From contig JAQUWR010000002.1 in assembly GCA_028692745.1 (NCBI GenBank), positions 1 through 54,226 of the forward strand: 54,226 nucleotides of DNA, in the 5' to 3' direction. The notes beneath the pieces were generated by a model. That model made no database searches. It was not told where the DNA came from and worked only from the letters and a program-made list of their open reading frames with translations. Made by a program: the position numbers and the translations under genes. Of this stretch, positions 44,401-53,195 are shown piece by piece. The DNA comes from Minisyncoccota bacterium (GTDB lineage: Bacteria; Patescibacteriota; Minisyncoccia; Minisyncoccales; Minisyncoccaceae). Every line of letters starts with the position of its first letter. The stretch's first letter is position 1.

Positions 44401-44458
44401 TTAATACTTCTTTTAGTGTTTTTTGTCAATTGACATATTTTATAATTTATATTAGTTT
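44401..44458. promoter_or_regulatory. Back-to-back divergent promoters sharing the palindrome TGTCAATTGACA
   Basis: The palindrome at 44424-44435 gives TTGACA on both strands. Minus: 17 nt, then TATTAA (44406-44401). Plus: 17 nt, then TAGTTT (44453-44458, weak). Confidence 0.4.
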
Positions 44459-44493
44459 TTAATTGTTCGTTTAAATCAAAAAGAGGGATTTGT

Positions 44494-44955
44494 ATGGATC
44501 CAATAGAAAAAACAGCAGAGTTTATTGGTTATTTGGACTTAAAGCCAAATTGGCCTATTGTTATTAGTTCTGAGGAGCAAGCAATAATTAAGGTTTGCTT
44601 TTATGATCAATGTTATGGAATAAATTCTAGTGTTGATTTTGGTATTTTTAAAGAAAATATTGAATTACTTGAATTGTCTTTAAGGTCAGTAAGAGTGAGA
44701 GCACAAAAAGATCTTGATCTTGAGCTTTTTCCTTTTGTTGGTGTGGACAATATCGGTGTTTTTAGAAAAGCTGTTGAGGTAGGATTAAATGACGAAAATT
44801 ATTCTTTTGAAGCAATTGATGCAGAAATAGTTTCTGTTATTGGTTGTAGTTTATGGAGAAAAAATAAAGCATTTCTTCCTTTTATTAAAAAATTACTTAC
44901 CTTAAACGCAACAGATATTGTAAAAACCACAGAACCATTTTTAGTGAGCACATAA
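44494..44955 (+). CDS. Hypothetical protein (153 aa)
   Basis: ORF with an SD-like AGAGGGA upstream and a terminator at its stop. No family recognised. Confidence 0.5.
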   Translation: MDPIEKTAEFIGYLDLKPNWPIVISSEEQAIIKVCFYDQCYGINSSVDFGIFKENIELLELSLRSVRVRAQKDLDLELFPFVGVDNIGVFRKAVEVGLNDENYSFEAIDAEIVSVIGCSLWRKNKAFLPFIKKLLTLNATDIVKTTEPFLVST

Positions 44956-44970
44956 AAGTGCTCTATTTTT
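44946..44970 (+). terminator. Rho-independent terminator with stop codon in the loop
   Basis: gagcac ataaaa gtgctc tattttta. Confidence 0.55.
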
Positions 44971-45010
44971 ATACTTTAATTTTAACTTATTTTAGTGTAT
45001 AGTATTTAAT

Positions 45011-46876
45011 ATGAATATTTTCTTCAAAATTTTTTTAATAATAATTTTATTATTTTTAGGTTTTTGTATAGGTTTTTTTTATTTTAATAATAAGATAATT
45101 AATTTAGACGATAATCAACAAATAGAAAATGGCGCTTTAACTGATGAGCAACTTAAAGAAAAAATTGGTCAAATGCTTATGGTTGGTTTTCGTGGAATTG
45201 AAGCGCCAGAAGATTATTATATTTATAATGTTATTAAAGATGTTAAAGTGGGCAGTGTGATACTTTCTGATTACGATGTTCCTTCTAAAAGTTTTCCTAG
45301 AAATATTATTAATCCAGAACAAACAAAAAAGCTTATTTCTAATCTTCAGAGGTATACAGACACACCTTTATTTGTTGCGGTGGACGTAGAAGGGGGAATG
45401 GTTAATCGACTAAAAGAAAAGTATGGTTTTTCATCAATTATATCAGCAGAAAAAATGGGTGATGATAAAACTCTTGAAACAGTGAATGAAGAATCTATTA
45501 AATTAGCAAAAGAATTAAGAGATTTAGGTTTTAATCTAAATCTTGCTCCAGTTGTTGATGTAAACATTAACCCTAATAATCCTATTATTGGTATTTTGGG
45601 TCGTTCTTTTTCTTCTAGTCCCGAAATTGTTATTAATAATGCAAGAATTTTTATACAAAACCATATTGATAAAGACATTATTACAGTAGAAAAACATTTT
45701 CCTGGTCATGGTAGCTCAACAAAAGATAGTCATCTTGGATTGGTGGATATAACAAACACGTACAATAAAGAAAAAGAACTTATTCCATATCAAAAACTTA
45801 ACGACGAAGGGTTGCTTAATATGGTCATGACGGCTCATATAATAAATAGAAACATTGATAAGGATTATCCAGCAACTTTGTCAAAAATATTTTTACAAGA
45901 CATATTAAGGGATCAAATAGGGTTTGAAGGAGTTATTATTTCTGATGACATACAAATGTCTGCAATTAGCGATATGTATGGTTTCGAAGAGGCAATTATA
46001 ATGGCAGTTAATGCTGGTTGCGATATAATTAATGTTTATAATAATTCTACCGAATATGATGAAACGGCAATCTACAAAGCAAGAGATGCGATTTTTAATG
46101 CTGTAAAAGAAGATAGAATAAAAGAAGAAAAAATAATAGAATCTTATAACCGTATTTTAAATTTAAAGAAAAAATTTAATTTATATGAACCAAAAAATAA
46201 TATTTTTTTAGAAGATTTTGAAATTAATGAAAAAATAACAGAGATTAGTAGCGAAAATTTTGAATTAATAGGGGAACCAAATACTTTAACTTTTGGAGAA
46301 GCACTAGAATATGCTAAGTATGTTGAAGATGTAACTGAAATTGATCCAGCTTTTTTGTTGGCCATTTTGAAGCATGAAATGAATTTAGTTAAAGAATTTG
46401 GTTTATGTTATGTAACTGATCTTGAAACAGGAGAAGGTATTAAGGTTGATAATGATGAAAAAATGTCAAAAGTTATTAAACCAGAAAGAGATGTAGAGCC
46501 TTTTTTAAAAATTACTAAAGATTTAGGATTAGATCCTTACAAAACACCAATCACGTGTCCTATGAGTTTTGGTTGGGGTGGAGCAATGGGTGTGGCAGAT
46601 TTTATTCCTTCGACATGGGCTAGATATGAAGATAGAGTAAAAAATATTATTGGAAGACCAGCTAATCCATGGAATATTCGAGATTCTTTTTTGGTTGCGG
46701 GGTTGTATCTGTCGGAGTCTGGAGCATCTTTAAGAACTAGACAGGGAGAATGGAACGCAGCAATGATATATTTTTCTGGATCAACAAAATCAGGATATAA
46801 TTGGTACGCAAATGATGCTCTTGCAATTGCAGACGAAATTAGATCAAAAATCAAAACAATAGAAAATAATAAATAA
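45011..46876 (+). CDS. Membrane-anchored fusion: GH3 beta-N-acetylhexosaminidase (NagZ-like) + MltB/SLT_2-like lytic transglycosylase
   Basis: N-terminal TM. GH3 blocks IGQMLMVGFRG, APVVDV, KHFPGHG. C-terminal FLLAILKHEMNL (catalytic Glu candidate), GWGGAMGVADFIPSTWARY, NIRDSFLVAGLYL. Confidence 0.7.
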   Translation: MNIFFKIFLIIILLFLGFCIGFFYFNNKIINLDDNQQIENGALTDEQLKEKIGQMLMVGFRGIEAPEDYYIYNVIKDVKVGSVILSDYDVPSKSFPRNIINPEQTKKLISNLQRYTDTPLFVAVDVEGGMVNRLKEKYGFSSIISAEKMGDDKTLETVNEESIKLAKELRDLGFNLNLAPVVDVNINPNNPIIGILGRSFSSSPEIVINNARIFIQNHIDKDIITVEKHFPGHGSSTKDSHLGLVDITNTYNKEKELIPYQKLNDEGLLNMVMTAHIINRNIDKDYPATLSKIFLQDILRDQIGFEGVIISDDIQMSAISDMYGFEEAIIMAVNAGCDIINVYNNSTEYDETAIYKARDAIFNAVKEDRIKEEKIIESYNRILNLKKKFNLYEPKNNIFLEDFEINEKITEISSENFELIGEPNTLTFGEALEYAKYVEDVTEIDPAFLLAILKHEMNLVKEFGLCYVTDLETGEGIKVDNDEKMSKVIKPERDVEPFLKITKDLGLDPYKTPITCPMSFGWGGAMGVADFIPSTWARYEDRVKNIIGRPANPWNIRDSFLVAGLYLSESGASLRTRQGEWNAAMIYFSGSTKSGYNWYANDALAIADEIRSKIKTIENNK

Positions 46877-48907
46877 TTATTTTTTTATAAAGTCACAATT
46901 TTTATTTTCACAAACTATTTTTTTACCTTTTTCAATTAAAAGAGAGTTGCACTTGGGGCATCTTTCTCCAGTTGGCTTATACCAAGAAGCAAAATCACAT
47001 TCTGGCCATTGAGAGCAACCATAAAAGATTTTGCCCTTCTTTGTTCTTTTAGCGATTATTTCTCCTTGTTCACATTTAGGACAAACAATTCCTGTTTTGG
47101 TATTTTTATCTTCGATTGATTCAGTATATCTACATTCTGGGAAACCAGGGCAAGCCATAAACTCTCCAAACCTACTTCTTTTTATTAACATTGGTTTTCC
47201 GCACTTAGGGCAGTTCTTGTTAGCTAGTTTTTGTTCTATTGGTTTTTTTGCTATCTCATTATATTTTTTTTCTAGTTTTTCATTAAAAGGATTATAGAAT
47301 TCTTTTAATAATTTTATCCAGTCTTTTCCTTGAGCAATATCATCTAAATCATTTTCCATTTTAGCGGTAAATTTAATGTCAACTATTTCAGGAAAGTGTT
47401 CAGCTAATAAATCATTTACAGAAAACCCTGTTTCAGTTGGTTCGAATCTTTTATCATCATTTTTTAATACATAATTTCTTTTTTGAATAGTAGAAATAGT
47501 AGGAGCATAAGTAGATGGTCTGCCGATTTCATTATTTTCTAATTCTTTAATTAAAGAAGCTTCGTTAAATCTTGCTGGAGGCTTGGTAAAATGTTGAAAA
47601 GGTTTTAATTCAAAAAGATTCATTGAGTCTTTTTCATTAAATTGAGGAATTTCTTTTTCTTCGATTTTCATGTTGTATACTTTAAGGAATCCGTCAAATT
47701 TTAATTGTAAACCAGATGCTTCAAAACAATCTTTTTCTTTTGAAGATATTTCTATTTTAACAGAATTAAATAAAGCCTCCTTCATTTGACAAGCAGTAAA
47801 TCTGGTCCAAATTAAATTGTACAGTTTTTTTTGTTTTTCATCTAATTTTAATTTATTTGGTGTATTTTCAATGTTTGTTGGTCTAATTGCTTCATGGGCT
47901 TCTTGAGCACGTTTTTTTGTTTTAAATTTTCTACCGCTTTCTACTGCATATTCTTTTCCAAATTGTTTGATGATGAAATTTTTAGCAGTAGAAATCGATT
48001 GTGTAGAAAGATTTAAAGAATCGGTTCTGTGATAAGTAATGTAACCTTTTTCATATAATTCTTGAGCTACTTTCATTGTTAAAGAAGATGGAAACCTTAT
48101 TTTTTTAGATGCTTCTTGTTGAAGAGTAGAAGTTGTAAAAGGTGGCAAGGGATTTCTTTTTGTTGTTTTCTTTTCTAGTTTTGATAATGTATATTCTTTA
48201 TTTTTTAAGGAATCCATTATTTCCTTTGCCTCTTTTTCATTTTTAATTAAAGGCTTTTTATTTTTAATTTTAGAAAGTAGGGTTTCAACTTTATTGTTAT
48301 TTTTTTCAAATAATCCTGTTATTGTCCAGTATTCTTCAGGAATAAATTTTTGTATCTCTCTTTCTCTATCAACAATTAATTTTAAAGCTACTGACTGAAC
48401 TCTTCCAGCGGAAAGATGTCTGGCTATTTTTTTCCATAAAAGAGGGGAAAGCTTGTATCCAACAATTCTATCTAATGCTCTTCTTGCTTGTTGAGCATTA
48501 ACTAAATTAATATCTAAGGTTGATGGTTTTTTTAAAGCATTATTAATTGCTTGAGGGGTGATTTCGTGAAAACTAATTCTTTGATAGTCTTTATCTTTTC
48601 CTAGTTTTAATAATTCAATTAAATGCCAAGCAATAGCTTCTCCTTCTCTATCAGGATCAGTAGCAATATAGACCATATCAGCTTTTTCTACCTCTTTTTT
48701 TAAAAGATTAACATTTTTTCTTGCTTTAGTGGGGATAACATATTTTATTTTAAAATCATTTTCTGGCTCTATTCCTAAAGAACTTTTAGGCAAATCTCTT
48801 ACATGACCATAAGAGGATAATATTTTATAGTTTTTGTCTAAAAAGGCCCCTATGGTTTTAGCTTTGGTGGGGCTTTCTACGATTATTAAGCTATTTTTCA
48901 TTTTCAA
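46877..48907 (-). CDS. topA: DNA topoisomerase I
   Basis: Toprim IVESPTKAKTI, DPDREGE, active-site region YITYHRTDS, and C-terminal CxxC zinc ribbons. Confidence 0.95.
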   Translation of the reverse strand: MKMKNSLIIVESPTKAKTIGAFLDKNYKILSSYGHVRDLPKSSLGIEPENDFKIKYVIPTKARKNVNLLKKEVEKADMVYIATDPDREGEAIAWHLIELLKLGKDKDYQRISFHEITPQAINNALKKPSTLDINLVNAQQARRALDRIVGYKLSPLLWKKIARHLSAGRVQSVALKLIVDREREIQKFIPEEYWTITGLFEKNNNKVETLLSKIKNKKPLIKNEKEAKEIMDSLKNKEYTLSKLEKKTTKRNPLPPFTTSTLQQEASKKIRFPSSLTMKVAQELYEKGYITYHRTDSLNLSTQSISTAKNFIIKQFGKEYAVESGRKFKTKKRAQEAHEAIRPTNIENTPNKLKLDEKQKKLYNLIWTRFTACQMKEALFNSVKIEISSKEKDCFEASGLQLKFDGFLKVYNMKIEEKEIPQFNEKDSMNLFELKPFQHFTKPPARFNEASLIKELENNEIGRPSTYAPTISTIQKRNYVLKNDDKRFEPTETGFSVNDLLAEHFPEIVDIKFTAKMENDLDDIAQGKDWIKLLKEFYNPFNEKLEKKYNEIAKKPIEQKLANKNCPKCGKPMLIKRSRFGEFMACPGFPECRYTESIEDKNTKTGIVCPKCEQGEIIAKRTKKGKIFYGCSQWPECDFASWYKPTGERCPKCNSLLIEKGKKIVCENKNCDFIKK

Positions 48908-49400
48908 TGGTTTTAATTATTTTTTCTAATATTTCTTGCTCTTTATTTTTAATTATTTCTTTTTCTTCTGGTTTAAACTTTTTTAGTACAGCTTCTTCCA
49001 AATTTTCTTCTAAATAATTTGAGTCTATACCGATTCTTATCCTAACAAAGTCATTAGTTTTAACGTGATCAATAATGGACTGAACACCGTTGTGGCCATG
49101 AGAAGTAATGCCTTTACTTATTTTTACTTCACCTAATTTAACTTCAGCTTCATCTTGAATAACAATTAATTTGTCTTTTAAAAGAGTTTTTACTGCTTTG
49201 CCAGAATTATTCATAAATGTTTGGGGTTTAGCTAAAACAATGTTGTCTTTTTCAGACATTAGGGCATTAGCTTTTTTGTTTAATTTAAAATCAGGAAATT
49301 CTAGAAAATCCTTTAATTTATCAATAAAATAAGCGCCAAGATTATGTCTTGTTTTTGTGTATTGTTCTTCTGGATTACCTAAGCCAACAATTAAAATCAT
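48891..49400 (-). CDS. pth: Peptidyl-tRNA hydrolase
   Basis: ILIVGLGNPEEQYTKTRHNLG and GHNGVQSI. Confidence 0.9.
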   Translation of the reverse strand: MILIVGLGNPEEQYTKTRHNLGAYFIDKLKDFLEFPDFKLNKKANALMSEKDNIVLAKPQTFMNNSGKAVKTLLKDKLIVIQDEAEVKLGEVKISKGITSHGHNGVQSIIDHVKTNDFVRIRIGIDSNYLEENLEEAVLKKFKPEEKEIIKNKEQEILEKIIKTIENEK

Positions 49401-49419
49401 ACAATTATTATATATTAAC

Positions 49420-49454
49420 TTGACTTTTTAATCAAACATAGGTATTAATATAAT
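49420..49454 (+). promoter_or_regulatory. Sigma70-like promoter divergent from pth
   Basis: TTGACT (49420-49425), 17 nt, TATTAA (49443-49448), immediately followed by TATAAT (49449-49454). Confidence 0.4.
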
Positions 49455-49507
49455 GTTTTTATTCTCTTTTAAAATTTAAAAAGTATAAAAGCAATGGAGG
49501 TAAAATT

Positions 49508-49675
49508 TTGCACCCAGAAGAAGTAAAAATTGAACATCAAGGAAGTATATGGAAAGGAGTCACTTTTTTAAATGAAAACAGGGTTATTTTAAGGCCAGAA
49601 CAAGGAGGAGCAAAAAGGCTTTTATATGATTATATTGAGAGACAAATTCTTTTAGAGTACTACAAAGAATGTTAG
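49508..49675 (+). CDS. Possible small protein (55 aa, TTG start), not in ORF track
   Basis: GGAGG lies 7 nt upstream of TTG. HPEEVKIEHQGSIWKGVTFLNENRVILRPEQGGAKRLLYDYIERQILLEYYKEC. Confidence 0.3.
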   Translation: MHPEEVKIEHQGSIWKGVTFLNENRVILRPEQGGAKRLLYDYIERQILLEYYKEC

Positions 49676-49714
49676 TCTCTTTTTTTATTTCTTAAAAAAT
49701 AGTATAATAATTTT

Positions 49715-51466
49715 ATGTTGAACGTAAAGGATTTATCAAAATATATTTTTTTTATTTTTGGTTTTATTTCACCAATAGCTTTATTGTTTTTTAATATAAA
49801 GCTATTTTTAGTTATCTTTGTATTATTAATTTTTATTTTACAGTTAATAGAAAGTTTTGAAACAAAAGAATTTTTTGTCAAAAAAAATATTTTAATATAT
49901 TTTTTATTTGTTTCTTTTTTGTCAGCAATTTTTTCTCAAAACATATATTTAAGTTTCGTAGGAAGCATTGATTCATTTTTTATTATTTTTTCTTTATTTC
50001 TATTATTTATTTTTTCTGGAAACATTCTTAAAAAGAAAGAAGATGTTAATTTATTCATTTCTTCTATTTGTTTTGGTTTGATTGTTGATTCAATAGTTAT
50101 TATTGCTAGCTTTATTGTTGGAAAATATTATTCTTCAATAGAGCCAATAATAATATTGGTTGCCTTGGCTTTGGGAATTTCTTTATATCAATTAATTTTT
50201 AAAAAAAGAAAGATAGAATTAACAATTAATGTAATATTTTCTTTTATTTTTATTTGTGTTTTATTTGTAACTGGTTTTAAAATAGCTTGGTTTGTTGCCT
50301 CTTTGTTTGCTTTTTTTATTTTTTGGAAAAAAACACAAGAACAAGATTTTTCTTTTAAAGACCGCAAAGTTTTACTATCTTTAATTGTTTTCATTTTTTT
50401 ATTTATTATTTCTATTTTTCCTAATTTAATTTCTAGCTCTTTTGATTTTAATAAATCGTTATCAACACAAGATAGTCTTAATATAGTTTCAAAATCCATT
50501 ACACATAATGTTAAAAACTTTATTTTTGGTGCAGGACCAGGAACATTTAATTATAATTATGCTCTTTATTTTAATAAAGCACTAATACCAATGACTGTTG
50601 ACCAACCTGCTTTGGGTTTATTAACAATTTTATCTGATTTTGGCGTTTTGGGCCTTTTAATTTTTATAATTTGTATTTTAAAAACAATAAAATATTTTTT
50701 AAAAAATGATTCAGAAAAAGATAACATTATTTTTATATTAATATTTTTACTTTTTATTTCTTTGCTTGTTTGGAAAATAGAAATGATAACATTAATTTTG
50801 TTATTTATTTTTCTTGGAATTTATGAAGGTTTTCATGGTAAAGACTTAAAAATTAATTTCAAAGTTTTATCAGGTGTTGCAATAATATATTTAATAATGA
50901 GTATAGCTTTTTTTATGTATTTGTTTTCAGAAGAATTATCAAGAAAAGCAGCAAACGAATATAAAGACAACATTGATCAGGCTATTGTGAAAATGGAAAA
51001 AGCATCAAGTCTTTTTAATGTATCAGATTATTATGTTGGTCTTTCTCAACTATATTTATTAAAAGCAACAGATATTTTTAATAATAATTGGACGCTTAGT
51101 GAACATTTTGAAACACAAAAACAAGAAAATAAAAAATTAATAGAAGGATTAGTTTCTAAGTCAGAAGTGACTGCCGAAAGAGCAACTATTATTGATCCTC
51201 ATAATTTTATTGCTTGGCAAAACCTAGCATTAATTTATGAAAACACTAGCTTTATAATCAATAACAATAATGAAAAAGCCTTGGATGCTTTAAATAGGGC
51301 GATTGAATTGTCTCCTAATAATTATCTAGCATATATTGCTAAAGGCAGAATTTATGAAGAATTAAAAGAAAAAGAATTAGCTCTTGAAGAATATAAAAAA
51401 GCATTTAGTATCTATCCTCAAGACAAAGAATTAGAAGAGAAAATAGAAGTATTGACTAATTTTTAG
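49715..51466 (+). CDS. Polytopic membrane protein with C-terminal TPR repeats (O-antigen-ligase/Wzy-like, tentative)
   Basis: About 12 TM helices, then TPR-like AWQNLALIYEN.., AYIAKGRIYEELKEKELALEEYKKAFSIYP. Confidence 0.5.
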   Translation: MLNVKDLSKYIFFIFGFISPIALLFFNIKLFLVIFVLLIFILQLIESFETKEFFVKKNILIYFLFVSFLSAIFSQNIYLSFVGSIDSFFIIFSLFLLFIFSGNILKKKEDVNLFISSICFGLIVDSIVIIASFIVGKYYSSIEPIIILVALALGISLYQLIFKKRKIELTINVIFSFIFICVLFVTGFKIAWFVASLFAFFIFWKKTQEQDFSFKDRKVLLSLIVFIFLFIISIFPNLISSSFDFNKSLSTQDSLNIVSKSITHNVKNFIFGAGPGTFNYNYALYFNKALIPMTVDQPALGLLTILSDFGVLGLLIFIICILKTIKYFLKNDSEKDNIIFILIFLLFISLLVWKIEMITLILLFIFLGIYEGFHGKDLKINFKVLSGVAIIYLIMSIAFFMYLFSEELSRKAANEYKDNIDQAIVKMEKASSLFNVSDYYVGLSQLYLLKATDIFNNNWTLSEHFETQKQENKKLIEGLVSKSEVTAERATIIDPHNFIAWQNLALIYENTSFIINNNNEKALDALNRAIELSPNNYLAYIAKGRIYEELKEKELALEEYKKAFSIYPQDKELEEKIEVLTNF

Positions 51467-51496
51467 TTTGTTATATGTTGTAAGTGGTACATTACC

Positions 51497-51925
51497 ATGA
51501 TTGAACAAGCAGTTATCATTGATTTTCTTGGAACCATTGTAGACCCTGTCCGCTTAAAGCTTTATCCTGAAACAATAGAAGCTCTCGAAGAACTAAAAAA
51601 AAGCTTTGATATATTTATTTCTTCAAGATTAAGTTCTGCTTTTATTGAAAATCATCTTGAAAGACAAAACTTGAAAGATATTTTCTTTCTTGTTTATGGA
51701 AGAGAAGATGGTGACAAGAATGATCATATTGATAAAATATTAAGATTAGGTGATTATGAAAAAATTTTATATATCACCAATGCTTTAGAGGAATTTACAA
51801 TCAAAGACCATAGGTTAATTAAAGTAGTAGTTAATATTCATAAACACGAATTATTTCCAGAAGGTGTTATGGTCTTTAAAGATCCTCTTTCGGTAAAGAT
51901 TGTTAAGCAAATTATAGAGGGTTAG
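51497..51925 (+). CDS. HAD-like small protein with degenerate motif I
   Basis: VIIDFLGTIV resembles HAD motif I DxDGT, but the second Asp is Leu. Confidence 0.35.
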   Translation: MIEQAVIIDFLGTIVDPVRLKLYPETIEALEELKKSFDIFISSRLSSAFIENHLERQNLKDIFFLVYGREDGDKNDHIDKILRLGDYEKILYITNALEEFTIKDHRLIKVVVNIHKHELFPEGVMVFKDPLSVKIVKQIIEG

Positions 51926-51960
51926 CCCTCTTTTTTATTTTATGCTATTATTAAATATAT

Positions 51961-52881
51961 ATGGTAAAGTTCAAAGAAAATGTTTTATTAAGAGATTATT
52001 CTACCTTTAAAATAGGTGGAATTTCTAAATACTTTATTGAAATTAAAAATAAAGAAGACTTAAAAAAAATAATCAATGAAATTGATATGCCTTTTCGTAT
52101 TTTAGGAGGAGGTAGCAATACTTTGATTAGTGATGATTATTATAACGGACTAACTATTGTTTTTAAAACAGATAAACCAAAGTTTTTAATTGAAGATAAA
52201 GGATGTTTTGGAGAAATAATTGTTGAGGCAAGTGTTTTGCTTTCTTTTTTAGTCTCCAAGTTAAAAGAATTTACTGGTTTAGAGTGGGCAATCGGTATTC
52301 CAGGAACAATTGGAGGAGCAATTAATGGTAATGCAGGAGCTTTTAATGAATCAATTGGAGACTGTGTTACTAGTGTAGAAGTTTTAGAGATTGGAAAAGG
52401 AGTTAGAGAAATAGAAAAGAAAGATTGTAAATTTGGTTACAGAACGAGTATTTTTAAAAATAATCCTAACTTAATAATTCTTTCTGTAAAATTAAAATTA
52501 AACAAAGGTAACCCTAGTAAAAAAATAAAAGATAATTTTGAAAAAAGAAAATTAAACCATCCTAAAGGATTTTCTTTGGGCTGTATTTTTAAAAATTATT
52601 ATGGTGAAGTTGATAAAAATATTTTAAAAAAATATCCACAATTAAAAGATTTTTATTCTGAAAAAGGATATATTTCTGCGGGAATGTTAATTGAAGAGTG
52701 TGGATTAAAAGGTTTTTCAATTGGTGATGCAAAAATTTCTTTAGAGCATGCAAATTTTATTTTAAATTTAGAAAATGCAAAATCAAAAAATGTTTTAAAG
52801 TTAATAAATTTTATAAAAAAAGAAGTTCAAGAAAAATTTTTAATAAAATTGGAAGAAGAAATTCAAATTTTTTGCATTTAG
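51961..52881 (+). CDS. murB: UDP-N-acetylenolpyruvoylglucosamine reductase
   Basis: TFKIGG, ILGGGSNTLI, GIPGTIGGAINGNAGA, GCIFKN. Confidence 0.9.
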   Translation: MVKFKENVLLRDYSTFKIGGISKYFIEIKNKEDLKKIINEIDMPFRILGGGSNTLISDDYYNGLTIVFKTDKPKFLIEDKGCFGEIIVEASVLLSFLVSKLKEFTGLEWAIGIPGTIGGAINGNAGAFNESIGDCVTSVEVLEIGKGVREIEKKDCKFGYRTSIFKNNPNLIILSVKLKLNKGNPSKKIKDNFEKRKLNHPKGFSLGCIFKNYYGEVDKNILKKYPQLKDFYSEKGYISAGMLIEECGLKGFSIGDAKISLEHANFILNLENAKSKNVLKLINFIKKEVQEKFLIKLEEEIQIFCI

Positions 52882-52884
52882 CTA

Positions 52885-52913
52885 TTGACAAATTATTTTT
52901 TTAGAGCGAAAAT
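52885..52913 (+). promoter_or_regulatory. Candidate promoter for the Lys-rich protein gene
   Basis: TTGACA (52885-52890), 17 nt, GAAAAT (52908-52913). Confidence 0.35.
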
Positions 52914-52925
52914 AAATTTAGAGAA

Positions 52926-52951
52926 ATATTTTTTGAAAATATTTTTTGAAA
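52926..52951 (+). repeat. Tandem 13-mer x2 in the 5' leader
   Basis: atattttttgaaa atattttttgaaa. Confidence 0.9.
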
Positions 52952-53007
52952 AAAATAATAATGAAAGAAAAAAGGTCGAGTTATTAAAAATAATCTCGCA
53001 CAAAAAA

Positions 53008-53142
53008 ATGGCTACAAAGAAAAAAGTAGTTAAAAAGAAAGTTGCAAAGAAACCAGCTAAAAAGAAAGTTGCAAAGAAAGCTGTAAAAAAAGTTGCAAAG
53101 AAAAAAACTACTAAAAAGAAAGTTGCAAAAAAGAAAAAATAG
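53008..53142 (+). CDS. Lys/Ala-rich histone-H1-like small basic protein (44 aa)
   Basis: MATKKKVVKKKVAKKPAKKKVAKKAVKKVAKKKTTKKKVAKKKK. GTTGCAAA(G/A) recurs at 53041, 53068, 53092 and 53122. Confidence 0.6.
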   Translation: MATKKKVVKKKVAKKPAKKKVAKKAVKKVAKKKTTKKKVAKKKK

Positions 53143-53148
53143 TTATTC

Positions 53149-53178
53149 AAAAACAACCCTTTCCAAAGGGTTGTTTTT
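53149..53178. terminator. Strong hairpin terminator
   Basis: aaaaacaacccttt cc aaagggttgttttt. Confidence 0.7.
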
Positions 53179-53179
53179 A

Positions 53180-53188
53180 TGATAATAT
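53180..53188 (+). promoter_or_regulatory. Extended -10 promoter of hpf, leaderless geometry
   Basis: TGaTAATAT (53180-53188), 7 nt, ATG 53196. Confidence 0.4.
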
Positions 53189-53195
53189 TTAATAT

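Noticed and set aside
52885-53007. The 85-aa TTG-start version of the Lys-rich ORF.
   Set aside because: The TTG is the first half of a consensus TTGACA -35 box. The N-terminal 41 aa are F/K/N low-complexity with no coding character, so I prefer ATG 53008.
53034-53133. The regularly spaced repeats as a possible CRISPR or minisatellite.
   Set aside because: The repeats are 9-19 nt lysine/alanine codon repeats inside an ORF with no unique spacers. I saw no direct-repeat/spacer architecture or cas genes anywhere in the window.
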